DNA of 64,000 nt, taken from contig MEUA01000010.1 of NCBI GenBank assembly GCA_001771505.1, positions 3,532 through 67,531 of the forward strand, given 5' to 3'. Position numbers and translations under genes: made by a program. The notes beneath the pieces were generated by a model, which worked only from the letters and a program-made list of their open reading frames with translations, was not told the origin of the DNA and ran no database searches. This DNA comes from a candidate division WOR-1 bacterium RIFOXYB2_FULL_36_35 (lineage in GTDB: Bacteria; Margulisbacteria; WOR-1; XYC2-FULL-46-14; XYC2-FULL-37-10). This document shows, piece by piece, positions 19,373 to 28,139 of the stretch (the stretch's first letter is position 1; every line of letters begins with the position of its first letter).

Positions 19373-19977
19373 TAAACCCTCTCCGCAAAATAAGAAGTGA
19401 GTTTCTCTTGAAGATCTAAAGTAAACGGCGTTTGTTTTAAATTAGGAATTAATTCATCAACCTGATCCCTATTTACAGTCATCTCCATAAGTATCTCCTC
19501 TTTTTTCATAAAAGGAAACATCCCTAAAACAAAAGCAGCAACCTGAGGTTTTTCTTCCGAAAGAATGTTTGCAATTTTTTTGGCATCCGCAGATAGAAGT
19601 TTCTCTTTCGGGGGTAAATTGTCCAAAGGGACAGTTTCAGTCTCTTTTAAATCTTTACCGTAAATAAACTCTTCATCAAAGTTAGAAACAAGATTATTTG
19701 AAGGCTGAGCCATCTTAGATAGTTCAGGTATTTTTACATCTTTATACTTTTTATTAGAAGAAGGAAGCGCAAAATAACTCTGGAAATCCTCAAAAATCTC
19801 ACCTAAAGCCTCAGGTGTAGGTGTAGGTAAATGACTTATGGATGAAGCAATAAGATCAGCTAAATCAGGCGGCAAATAACGCAATATTGCCGAAGATGTA
19901 TCTGATCCTAAAATCGAAAGAAATATAGTTGCTTTTTCTTTTCCTGTTAATTTCACCCTTCCGCCTCCGTAAGCCAT
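19372..19977 (-). CDS. fliG: FliG-like rotor protein, short form (201 aa; N-terminal plus part of middle domain only)
   Basis: The N-terminus (LTGKEKATIFLSILGSDTSSAILRYLPPDLADLI) matches the FliG N-domain. An EHPQ-like EEKPQVAAFVLGMF marks the start of the middle domain. No C-terminal torque-generating domain is present. Positioned between fliF and fliH. Confidence 0.55.
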   Translation of the reverse strand: MAYGGGRVKLTGKEKATIFLSILGSDTSSAILRYLPPDLADLIASSISHLPTPTPEALGEIFEDFQSYFALPSSNKKYKDVKIPELSKMAQPSNNLVSNFDEEFIYGKDLKETETVPLDNLPPKEKLLSADAKKIANILSEEKPQVAAFVLGMFPFMKKEEILMEMTVNRDQVDELIPNLKQTPFTLDLQEKLTSYFAERV

Positions 19978-21584
19978 TTTTTCAAAAGACTGGCTATTTT
20001 TTCCGGATCATTTTTTGCCAAATCTTTAATTTTTCTTACAGTAGCTGTAGCTTCCCCTTCAGTAGGAGCCTCTTTTTCAAACACTACATCTTCTTTCTCT
20101 CTTCTCCCCGAAAGTCTTCTACGCCTTACAACAAGAATAATAAATACAAAAACAAGAATAAAAATCCCACTCAATAAAACGTAAGAAAGATTAAGTTTTA
20201 TTCCAGGAATAACAAAACCAAATAATTTAGATTCCTCTTTTTGTTCCGGAAACTCAGCATAATGAAAAGGGACTCTCTTTAAAATTATTTTATCGCCTCT
20301 GGCCCTATCGTAATCTACGGCTCTTGCTATGGTTTGATATGTAGATTTTCTAACTCTCAGAGTAAGATCCAAATTTTCATCAACCAAGGTCATTACTACT
20401 ATATCTTTAATTGGAACATAAATAAATCCTGATCCCGCATTTATTTTAAGCTTGGACTCCTTCTTTCCTTTTGGAGGCTGACCAAAATTAACATTTACTC
20501 TAACAATTATAGTATCTTCGGGATAAAACTGATTTAAAAGATCTTGAGCTTTAGCCGTCAGTTGTCTTTCATATTCTTCTTTTGCCTTCATTTTCAAAAC
20601 ATTCTTATCAGAATCCGTTAAATCCGCAATCTTTTTTTCAACTTTAGGAAATTGTTCTATAACTTCTATATTTTTTTCTTCGTTTTTTACGATCTCATTT
20701 TTAACTTCACTTGTATTTATACTGCTTTCAGGCTTCTCTTCTTCCCCTTTTACTATAATGTTTTCACTCCCTGCCGCTTTTTCTGATTTTTGAACTTCGT
20801 TATTAGGTATTGTCTCTTCCAATCCCTCTTTTTTAATAATTTCTTGTTCTATAGGAGCTTGAACCGTCTTTTTTATAAGTTCGCTTGCCGTCGGAATTTT
20901 TTCCATATAAGTTGAATCAGAAGTCAAAATATTTCCTGCATTGTCAACGATTGTCACATTTTCAGATAAAAGCCCTTCAACGCTGTGAGAAACAAGCTTA
21001 ACTATCCCCCCAACCTGTTCAGGAGTTAAACGTTCTCCAGGGGTAATCTTTAACAACACAGCGGCTGTCACGGGAGATTTTGTAACCTCAAACAATTTAG
21101 TTTCAGGAAGAACTATTTGAACGTGTGCGTCTTCCACCCCTCTTATTCTTTTAATTGTTCTTGAAAGCTCACCTGAAATTGCGCGTATTAGTTGAATTCT
21201 TCTGTCAAAATCGGTAGCTCCCATACGCGTTTCATTAAAAAGTTCCCATCCAACAGAACCACCAATAGGAAGATTCTTTTCGGCCAAACCCAATTTAGCT
21301 TCATCAGATTTATCTTTAGGAACAGCTATCGCAGATCCCTCTTCTTTTACTTCATAAGGTATTTTTAATTCTTTCAGGCGTGAAACAACATTAGCAGTAT
21401 CTTTTAAATCCAAACCGGTATAAATAGTTAAATATCCGCTGTTTTGATTTTTTATTCCGGAAACACAACCACGCAATGACCACAAAAACACAATCAAAAC
21501 AACAGCAATAACAACGCCAATTATTACAAGTAATCTTCTATTACTTATTAAAGTCAGTCCCCTAGTACTTCCCGTCTCTGCCAT
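19953..21584 (-). CDS. fliF: Flagellar M-ring protein FliF
   Basis: N-terminal TM helix, then YLTIYTGLDLKDTANVVSRLKELKIPYEV (FliF/YscJ secretin-ring domain), a second TM near the C-terminus, and a C-terminal cytoplasmic tail. Confidence 0.85.
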   Translation of the reverse strand: MAETGSTRGLTLISNRRLLVIIGVVIAVVLIVFLWSLRGCVSGIKNQNSGYLTIYTGLDLKDTANVVSRLKELKIPYEVKEEGSAIAVPKDKSDEAKLGLAEKNLPIGGSVGWELFNETRMGATDFDRRIQLIRAISGELSRTIKRIRGVEDAHVQIVLPETKLFEVTKSPVTAAVLLKITPGERLTPEQVGGIVKLVSHSVEGLLSENVTIVDNAGNILTSDSTYMEKIPTASELIKKTVQAPIEQEIIKKEGLEETIPNNEVQKSEKAAGSENIIVKGEEEKPESSINTSEVKNEIVKNEEKNIEVIEQFPKVEKKIADLTDSDKNVLKMKAKEEYERQLTAKAQDLLNQFYPEDTIIVRVNVNFGQPPKGKKESKLKINAGSGFIYVPIKDIVVMTLVDENLDLTLRVRKSTYQTIARAVDYDRARGDKIILKRVPFHYAEFPEQKEESKLFGFVIPGIKLNLSYVLLSGIFILVFVFIILVVRRRRLSGRREKEDVVFEKEAPTEGEATATVRKIKDLAKNDPEKIASLLKKWLTEAEG

Positions 21585-21652
21585 TTAATCCCCCTTTTCG
21601 ATTAAAGAGATAAACTATTTGCTGTTTTCTGTCTTCTATTTCCTATCTCCCT

Positions 21653-22006
21653 TTATACCTGCATCTGAGTAATTTCTTTAAACGTTCCTACCACTGAAGT
21701 TATTATCGTTGTAGCCAATTGAACCATTACTCCCATCTCAGACGCAGCAAACATCACTTCTTGCAAATTGGCTTCACCTCTAGCGTATTTTTCCATAAGT
21801 TGATTAGCATGCGCCTCTGTCTGAGAAACTCCTTGTAGTGCATCTATGGCTTTTGCCAATACATCATCAAAAATATTTTTGCTTGTGGTACTATTTAAAG
21901 CTACTCCGTCGTAAGGAGCTGAATCTGGCAAAACCTGAGCGACATTAAAATCATCATCTAAAAGTTTATTTAATCTGATTTCCAAAGGATTGATCTGCTC
22001 AACCAT
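21653..22006 (-). CDS. fliE: Flagellar hook-basal body protein FliE
   Basis: 117 aa. Conserved C-terminus MGVMVQLATTIITSVVGTFKEITQMQV. Lies between fliF and flgC. Confidence 0.7.
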   Translation of the reverse strand: MVEQINPLEIRLNKLLDDDFNVAQVLPDSAPYDGVALNSTTSKNIFDDVLAKAIDALQGVSQTEAHANQLMEKYARGEANLQEVMFAASEMGVMVQLATTIITSVVGTFKEITQMQV

Positions 22007-22041
22007 GTTAATCCCCTCCTACACACTTTAAACTTATAAAA

Positions 22042-22464
22042 CTAAGGCAACTGTATCAAATCCTGAATCATTTTTTTTGTTGCATTGTATGCTGTTATCT
22101 GAGCTTCATATCCTCTCGACGCTTCAGTTAAATCCACCATTTCCGACGCAAGATCAACATTAGGCGTTTCAACAAATCCATCTTTATCCGCATCAGGATG
22201 AGAAGGCTTATAAACTTTTTTAAAAGGGGTTGTATCTTCCACTATTTTAGCTCCAACACCATTTAATCTTTTTTCGGCAAGGTTTAAAGCGTCAGAGAAA
22301 GAGATGTTTTTTTCATACAAACTAACAGAAAGCCTCCTGTATGGCCCACCGTTTAAACTGCGAGTGGTATTTATATTTGCAATGTTAGAAGATATTACTT
22401 CCATCCTCAAGCGTTCGGCCTCTATAGCCGACACACTCACATCCATAGCATGCTTAAGGCTCAC
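22042..22464 (-). CDS. flgC: Flagellar proximal rod protein FlgC
   Basis: N-terminal rod motif VISSNIANINTTRS and C-terminal GFVETPNVDLASEMVDLTEASRGYEA. Confidence 0.85.
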   Translation of the reverse strand: MSLKHAMDVSVSAIEAERLRMEVISSNIANINTTRSLNGGPYRRLSVSLYEKNISFSDALNLAEKRLNGVGAKIVEDTTPFKKVYKPSHPDADKDGFVETPNVDLASEMVDLTEASRGYEAQITAYNATKKMIQDLIQLP

Positions 22465-22467
22465 AGA

Positions 22468-22752
22468 TTATCTCCTCCCTTGTGAAGCAATTGTCTTTAA
22501 TGTGTTTATTTTATAACTTAACAATTTTACTAAAGAAGAATACCTTAACACATTCTGCGAGATCTCATCCATTTCTTGTTCTACAGTAATCTTTTTGTCT
22601 TCTCTTTTTATAACTTTTTGTAAAACTTCATCAAAGGTATTAGGTTCGAACCCGGGGGTATTTATATTTGCTAAGTTATGGGCAGCAACCTCCTGCTTTA
22701 TGATAGTCTCTCCCAATGCCCCCTTTAAACTGATATAAGCAGGATCAAACAT
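22468..22752 (-). CDS. flgB: Flagellar proximal rod protein FlgB (short, 94 aa)
   Basis: Carries the rod N-terminal motif AAHNLANINTPGF. Sits immediately upstream of flgC. Shorter than typical FlgB. Confidence 0.6.
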   Translation of the reverse strand: MFDPAYISLKGALGETIIKQEVAAHNLANINTPGFEPNTFDEVLQKVIKREDKKITVEQEMDEISQNVLRYSSLVKLLSYKINTLKTIASQGRR

Positions 22753-23473
22753 GCTTAAGCTCCTTTTGCAAAAATCTTATCCCTTTATCAATTAACCTGC
22801 AAACTTTTGGCCGTGATAAACCAAGTTTACTTGCAATTGTTTTTTGATTAAATCCTTTTCTGTAAAAGAGTTCCATAACTTGCTTATGTTGAATTGGCAG
22901 CTTTTCAAGACACACATTAAGTTTATCCTGAAGCTCATTAAATTCCAAATCCTCAACAGGACCCTTTTCCGAAGAAACCTGAACTTCTTTAAAACTGACA
23001 ATTTCTTCCAAAGAGAGCAAATACATAAGAGCTGAAGCAGAAACAATTTTCTTAATCTTTTTAACGGCCACTTTAAAATCCTTTTCAGAAAGATTTTTCT
23101 TTTCTATGTCTTCCTCTCGCTCCTTCATTTTTTCAACAACAGCAGCTTTATATCCTTTTTTAGCCAAATCACGAATCATAACCTGTATTCTATAAGGAAC
23201 CGGACTATAATTTCTCAATCCATCAAGAATCTCACCACGAATTCTGTAGGACGCATATGTTTCAAACTTAACACCCCGTGACGGATCAAAATTTTCCCAC
23301 GCTTTCATTAATCCAACAGTCCCATCAGAAACTAAATCATTATAATCAACAGAAGGGGGCAATCCTTTACCTGAAACCATTGATGCTATAGAATGTACAA
23401 GCGGCATGTATGCTTCAACAGACCTAGGCATTTTTCTTCTCAATGAATTCTTATTTTTTTTATCTATAGTCAA
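22745..23473 (-). CDS. fliA: Flagellar sigma factor (sigma-28, FliA/WhiG family)
   Basis: Sigma-70 region 2 (DLVSDGTVGLMKAWENFDPSRGVKFETYASYRIRGEILD) and region 4 HTH (NQKTIASKLGLSRPKVCRLIDKGIRFL). Embedded in the flagellar operon. Confidence 0.7.
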   Translation of the reverse strand: MTIDKKNKNSLRRKMPRSVEAYMPLVHSIASMVSGKGLPPSVDYNDLVSDGTVGLMKAWENFDPSRGVKFETYASYRIRGEILDGLRNYSPVPYRIQVMIRDLAKKGYKAAVVEKMKEREEDIEKKNLSEKDFKVAVKKIKKIVSASALMYLLSLEEIVSFKEVQVSSEKGPVEDLEFNELQDKLNVCLEKLPIQHKQVMELFYRKGFNQKTIASKLGLSRPKVCRLIDKGIRFLQKELKHV

Positions 23474-23494
23474 TTCTAATATCCTTTCTTTATG

Positions 23495-23767
23495 TTATTT
23501 TGTATCGGATATAAACTCCGAATTTTTTTCCGCTAGCTCCCGCGCCAAAGTATTTATAAAAAAATCTTTTGCCATAGAGGAATAATGTCCTTCACCAAAC
23601 CCGCCAAAATCACCTTTAAAACTTTCTTTTAACATTTCTTTATAAAATATTGTAGCAAACTCCAATGATACTTCATTTGAACCAATTTGATTAGTATGCC
23701 CAAATTTTTGAGGAATCTGATTATTCTGTCCGTATATTTTATTACTAATAGATTCACCAGTTATCAT
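23495..23767 (-). CDS. Rod-binding protein (FlgJ N-terminal domain-like), 90 aa
   Basis: Follows flgI as flgJ typically does. EFATIFYKEMLKESFKG resembles the Rod-binding family core (LE.lFl..mLKsM). Confidence 0.45.
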   Translation of the reverse strand: MITGESISNKIYGQNNQIPQKFGHTNQIGSNEVSLEFATIFYKEMLKESFKGDFGGFGEGHYSSMAKDFFINTLARELAEKNSEFISDTK

Positions 23768-23771
23768 TTTA

Positions 23772-24926
23772 TTATATTATCTCCAATTCCGCTTTTAGTG
23801 AACCGACCTTCTTCATCGCCTGCAATATAGCAATAAGCTCCTGAGGCTTAGCTTTAATAGCATTTAATGCTTTAACTAAAGTAGATAAGCGCGATGAAGA
23901 AGGGACAAGAAGAATTGAACTGTCAGAACGCGAAAGATTGACATTTGTTTGTATTCTCATAGTATCGGAAGCAGAATTATACGCATCTGCATGACCTTCG
24001 GAATATAAGTTTACAGGACCCACTGTAACATTTATCCCTCCATAGCTTACCGCAACTTCTGATATTTTAACATTTTCTCCCATTACAATTGTTCCTGTCC
24101 GTTCACTTATCACAACTTTTGCAATACTATCCGGCACAACAGTAATATTTTCAATATCGGCAATAGTTCTCAACGCGTCCTCAGTTCCTAAAACCGTAAC
24201 ATTAATAGTCCCGGCATCAATTGCACGTGCAGCATACCCACCTTCTTCTATGGCTATTGCAACCCTATCAGCTGTCGTAAAATCAGGCTCATCTAATACA
24301 ATAGAAACAAACCCTTGCTCGGCAATAGTAACAGGAACTTCTCTTTCTACCAACGCCCCACCCGGAATTCTTCCTGTCGTTGCATGGTTCTTTCTTACCG
24401 TAGACAAATTTGGCATAATTGTATCATAGTCAATGGAAATATTCCCTTGTGCAGTAGCATAAACATTACCATCAGGCCCTTGCAAGGGAGTTAAAAGCAA
24501 CGTCCCCCCACCCAAACTAGTGGCATCCCCAACAGAAGATACGGTAACATCCATCTTTTGTCCTGATCTAATAAACGGGGGCAAGTTACAAGTCACCATA
24601 ACGGCTGCAACATTTCTACTTTTAAAATCTATTTGGGGAGCCATCCCCATTTTTGACAAAAGATTGTTCATTGCTTGTTGAGTAAAACCTGTAGAAACAG
24701 AATCTCCCGTATTTTTCAAACCAACAATCAAACCAAATCCCATAATTTGATTCTCTCTTGCTCCAAGAACACTGGCCATATCTTTAATACGAACGGGAGG
24801 AGCAGCAATACAGGATTCAAATTCCAAATTCCAAATCCCAAATCCCAAAATAAAAACAATAAACAAAATTATACCCCTAAGACCGCTTAACTTAATATTT
24901 ATATAATGTTTTTTATTGTTTTTCAT
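23772..24926 (-). CDS. flgI: Flagellar P-ring protein FlgI
   Basis: Signal peptide, then RIKDMASVLGARENQIMGFGLIVGLKNTGD, the conserved FlgI N-terminal signature. Confidence 0.85.
   Translation of the reverse strand: MKNNKKHYINIKLSGLRGIILFIVFILGFGIWNLEFESCIAAPPVRIKDMASVLGARENQIMGFGLIVGLKNTGDSVSTGFTQQAMNNLLSKMGMAPQIDFKSRNVAAVMVTCNLPPFIRSGQKMDVTVSSVGDATSLGGGTLLLTPLQGPDGNVYATAQGNISIDYDTIMPNLSTVRKNHATTGRIPGGALVEREVPVTIAEQGFVSIVLDEPDFTTADRVAIAIEEGGYAARAIDAGTINVTVLGTEDALRTIADIENITVVPDSIAKVVISERTGTIVMGENVKISEVAVSYGGINVTVGPVNLYSEGHADAYNSASDTMRIQTNVNLSRSDSSILLVPSSSRLSTLVKALNAIKAKPQELIAILQAMKKVGSLKAELEII
24818..24850. repeat. Imperfect heptanucleotide tandem repeat (CAAATYC x4 on plus strand; TTGGRAT on the coding strand) inside flgI
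   Basis: caaattc caaattc caaatcc caaatcc caaaa. Encodes GFGIWNLEFES, codons ~27-37 of FlgI. Confidence 0.7.
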
Positions 24927-24927
24927 G

Positions 24928-25545
24928 TTAAAACAACCAATTTAAAACTCTGGTCAACCATCCAGGATCTTCCGCTTCTTGCACAACTCCCACTCCCGTG
25001 ACAGATACGTTAGCATTGGCAATTTGATAAGAATATACAACATTGTTAGCTGTAATATCTTTTGCGCGAACAATACCTGAAATAACAACTTCTTGCATTT
25101 CATCATTGATGCTTATTTTATGGCTTCCTTCTATGCTTATATTTCCGTTGGGTAAAACCTCCATAACAATAGCTGCAACCTTTGCCGTAACGCTAGACGC
25201 TCTTTGAGTTGACCCGCTGCCTGAATACTTGTTGCCATTATTAAATGCCGCGGAATTATTTTGATCTATAAGAGGAATTAAACTATTAATTGTATGTGTA
25301 AATTTAAAACTCATATCATCCTTAACATCAGTATCTGTTCCTGCTTTATGTTTAGCATTGGTATTTTCAACTATAAGAACGGTTATAATATCTCCAATTT
25401 TATAGGTCTTTTCAGATGAATAAGGCGAAGGAGAATTTTGATTCCATAAAGAATCCGCAAAAACAGGAAGAAACAAAATAAAATTGACAAGAAACAACGA
25501 AAATATAAACATCAAAAATATATTTAAAAGTTTTTTTATGCGCAA
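24928..25545 (-). CDS. flgH: Flagellar L-ring protein FlgH
   Basis: Signal peptide, then SLWNQNSPSPYSSEKTYKIGDIITVLIVENTNA, the FlgH signature region. Confidence 0.8.
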   Translation of the reverse strand: MRIKKLLNIFLMFIFSLFLVNFILFLPVFADSLWNQNSPSPYSSEKTYKIGDIITVLIVENTNAKHKAGTDTDVKDDMSFKFTHTINSLIPLIDQNNSAAFNNGNKYSGSGSTQRASSVTAKVAAIVMEVLPNGNISIEGSHKISINDEMQEVVISGIVRAKDITANNVVYSYQIANANVSVTGVGVVQEAEDPGWLTRVLNWLF

Positions 25546-25561
25546 AATTCATCTCCTATTA

Positions 25562-26284
25562 TCATAAGCTGACCTTTACAACCCCATTATTTAATACAAC
25601 AGCATTAAATGTCTCTTTTGAATTATCACGCTTCACTTTAATAATATCCCCCGTTTGCCCATCTTCTAAAGCAATTCCAAACGCCTCCACCAAAAGAGTT
25701 TCAACCGGAACCAAGATTGTAACTTTTTCACCTTTCGCAATAACAGGTTTTAATTTTAACATCCAACTGTATAATATTGCCCCTTCACTAATATTTCCTT
25801 TTGCCACTTTAGTTAAAACATCTTTCATACTAGCATAGTAATTTTGTTGTAAAGAAGACACATTCTTGTTTTCCAGGCCTATATCTTCAGCAGATACAAT
25901 AGAACCTTTCATGATTTTCTTTTTTGCCACTACAATATTTTTAAAGATTCCAATATCTACCTGTAGATATTCCTTTCCAAGATCAACCTTATTTGAAGAT
26001 ACAACAAAGGGAATAATCATATGAGTCATTATTTTTGACAGCTTATAATCTTCCGGGATCGTAATCTCAATATTTTCTCTTCCATCACAAATGTCCATTA
26101 ATGCCTGAGTTTTGATAAAGTTTACGCTAATTTGTTCTTTTGCCCATTCAGGTTTTTTTGAAAAGACAAATTTTTTTATCGATGATTCTATTTTGCTGTC
26201 AATTAAATCTTTTGAATCACCAGAACAATAACCGGTGAAAAAAAAGAGAGACAAAAAAATTAAAATAATTATATTTTTCAACAT
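25562..26284 (-). CDS. flgA: Flagellar P-ring assembly chaperone FlgA
   Basis: Signal peptide. SAF-like C-terminal region DGQTGDIIKVKRDNSKETFNAVVLNNGVVKV is typical of FlgA. Sits between flgG and flgH. Confidence 0.6.
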   Translation of the reverse strand: MLKNIIILIFLSLFFFTGYCSGDSKDLIDSKIESSIKKFVFSKKPEWAKEQISVNFIKTQALMDICDGRENIEITIPEDYKLSKIMTHMIIPFVVSSNKVDLGKEYLQVDIGIFKNIVVAKKKIMKGSIVSAEDIGLENKNVSSLQQNYYASMKDVLTKVAKGNISEGAILYSWMLKLKPVIAKGEKVTILVPVETLLVEAFGIALEDGQTGDIIKVKRDNSKETFNAVVLNNGVVKVSL

Positions 26285-26307
26285 AAAGTCAAACCTTTTA
26301 CTATAAA

Positions 26308-27108
26308 TTACGCTTTCATCCTTGTTAGATTAGTCAACATCCCTTCATACCCTGAAACAGCTTTGGTTATGGTCTCAAAAACCCTTTGAACCATAACCAT
26401 CCTCATCATTTCAGAAATAACATCAACATTTGAAGCTTCTACGGAATATTGAGTTATTGTTCCAAAACCTTCATCTCCAGGATAACCGTTAATCGGATCT
26501 CCGGATGATGGGGTCTGCGCATAAAGATTTTGACCAAGGCTCCTTAATCCTCCGGGATTTGAAAATTTAACAAGAGAGAGCTGACCTATTTCTGTCTGGG
26601 AAATTGCATTATCTATAGAAACAAAGACAACTCCATCCTGCCGAATTACAATAGATGTTGTTCCCTGGGGTATAACTATAGAAGGTTCAAGAAAATGTCC
26701 ATCAGCATTTACCAAATTCCCTTCATTGTCAACCCTAAGATGCCCTGCTCGTGTATAACCTATGGACCCATCCGGCATTTTAACCTGAAGAAAACCTTCT
26801 CCATAAATAGCAACATCCAAAGGATTGGTTGTATGCTCAAGAGTCCCCTGCGAAAAATCTTTCGGTGTTGCAGCCACACGAACCCCTGTGCCAAATTCAG
26901 GAATAACATTCGAAGAATTATCATATGCAGCCATTTGAACAGCTAACATATCTTTAAAAGATTTTTGCACATATGGAAGACTTTCCATTTCAGTCCGTCC
27001 TGCCTTAAACCCGGGAGTTTTAGCATTAGCTAGATTATTGGTTATCTCTAATAATTCATCTTCTGAAGCAGAAAGGCCTGTCGCAGCAACATATAAAGGT
27101 TGAAACAT
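26308..27108 (-). CDS. flgG: Flagellar distal rod protein FlgG
   Basis: N-terminal GLSASEDELLEITNNLANAKTPGFK and C-terminal VEASNVDVISEMMRMVMVQRVFETITKAVSGYEGMLTNL. Confidence 0.85.
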   Translation of the reverse strand: MFQPLYVAATGLSASEDELLEITNNLANAKTPGFKAGRTEMESLPYVQKSFKDMLAVQMAAYDNSSNVIPEFGTGVRVAATPKDFSQGTLEHTTNPLDVAIYGEGFLQVKMPDGSIGYTRAGHLRVDNEGNLVNADGHFLEPSIVIPQGTTSIVIRQDGVVFVSIDNAISQTEIGQLSLVKFSNPGGLRSLGQNLYAQTPSSGDPINGYPGDEGFGTITQYSVEASNVDVISEMMRMVMVQRVFETITKAVSGYEGMLTNLTRMKA

Positions 27109-27126
27109 GTTAATACCCCTCCTTAA

Positions 27127-27864
27127 TTATTGAACTCTTCCCATTCCGATGGCTTGAGATAAATTACCGTCACGAGTTTGAATTATTTTCGTATTTGTAT
27201 CATAAATACGGTTTATATAAATCATTTCCACCATCTGATCGACAACACTTGCATTGGAAGATTCTACGTATCCCTGAAGAATTTTAGGATTATCAACCTC
27301 TTTTAATGCCAAATTCCCTGTCGGATCTTTAAAAATAACCCCATTTAAAGACTCAAGAGACTGGTTATCTTCAAAGTCAACAACTCTTATTTTATCAACA
27401 ACTTCCGAATCGACCAAAAGTTCACCAGTTTCTGAAATATCTATCCTGCTTCCTGGAGAGACAAGTATAGGCCCATTTTGTCCCATGAGCTTATAACCGC
27501 CAACAACAGTTACAACTTCTCCCTCCGGATTAACCATAAACCTACCATCCCGAGAATACCCTTCTCCCCACGGACAAAACAGAACAAAAAAACCAGGCGT
27601 TCCTATGGCAAAATCAGTATTTTTACCCGTGCGAACAAATGTCCCCTGAGCATAATTATAAAAAGTCCCATCAACTTTTGGAGACTGGGTTGAAAGCTTT
27701 TTTTCCGCGGCTTCTAATTCAAGAGGAAAAGATCGTATTGTTACATCTGAACTTCTAAAACCAGGAGTCTCAGCATTAACAATGCGGTTAATAAGGCTTT
27801 GCATTTTTTCATCTGTAGACGCTAAGCCTTCCGCCCCAATTTGTAAAATTGGATCGCGCTGCAT
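27127..27864 (-). CDS. flgF: Flagellar proximal rod protein FlgF
   Basis: Rod N- and C-terminal motifs (NRIVNAETPGFR; VESSNASVVDQMVEMIYINRIYDTNTKIIQT). Located upstream of flgG. Confidence 0.75.
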   Translation of the reverse strand: MQRDPILQIGAEGLASTDEKMQSLINRIVNAETPGFRSSDVTIRSFPLELEAAEKKLSTQSPKVDGTFYNYAQGTFVRTGKNTDFAIGTPGFFVLFCPWGEGYSRDGRFMVNPEGEVVTVVGGYKLMGQNGPILVSPGSRIDISETGELLVDSEVVDKIRVVDFEDNQSLESLNGVIFKDPTGNLALKEVDNPKILQGYVESSNASVVDQMVEMIYINRIYDTNTKIIQTRDGNLSQAIGMGRVQ

Positions 27865-27952
27865 TATTCCTCCTGTTTTCTTCTATTCGGGTCAAACGAT
27901 CATCATTGCATTAAGAATGAGAAAGATCAGCAGATTACTCAATAAAACTGGA

Positions 27953-27983
27953 ATTATTATACCACTTGAAAAGACAAAATCAA
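27953..27983 (-). promoter_or_regulatory. Candidate sigma-70-type promoter for the flgF...fliJ operon
   Basis: On the minus strand: TTGATT (-35), a 16-nt spacer, then TGGTATAAT (extended -10). It lies ~90 nt upstream of the flgF start codon. Confidence 0.35.
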
Positions 27984-28057
27984 TTAAAATTTTGTATGTT
28001 TTTTTTGAAATTAAACTCTTCTTTTGCTGATAATAAACTATAGGGGAATCAAAGCTT

Positions 28058-28098
28058 AACCCCGATTATCTTTATTGGGGAAAATAATCGGGATTAAT
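28058..28098. repeat. Family-1 palindromic element in the divergent promoter region
   Basis: TTAACCCCGATTATC-TTTATTGGGGAAAA-TAATCGGGATTAA, between flgF (minus) and the 587-aa gene (plus). Confidence 0.7.
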
Positions 28099-28139
28099 TA
28101 AGAATAACTAATGTATTGTGTTTAAGGAGATAAATCAGA

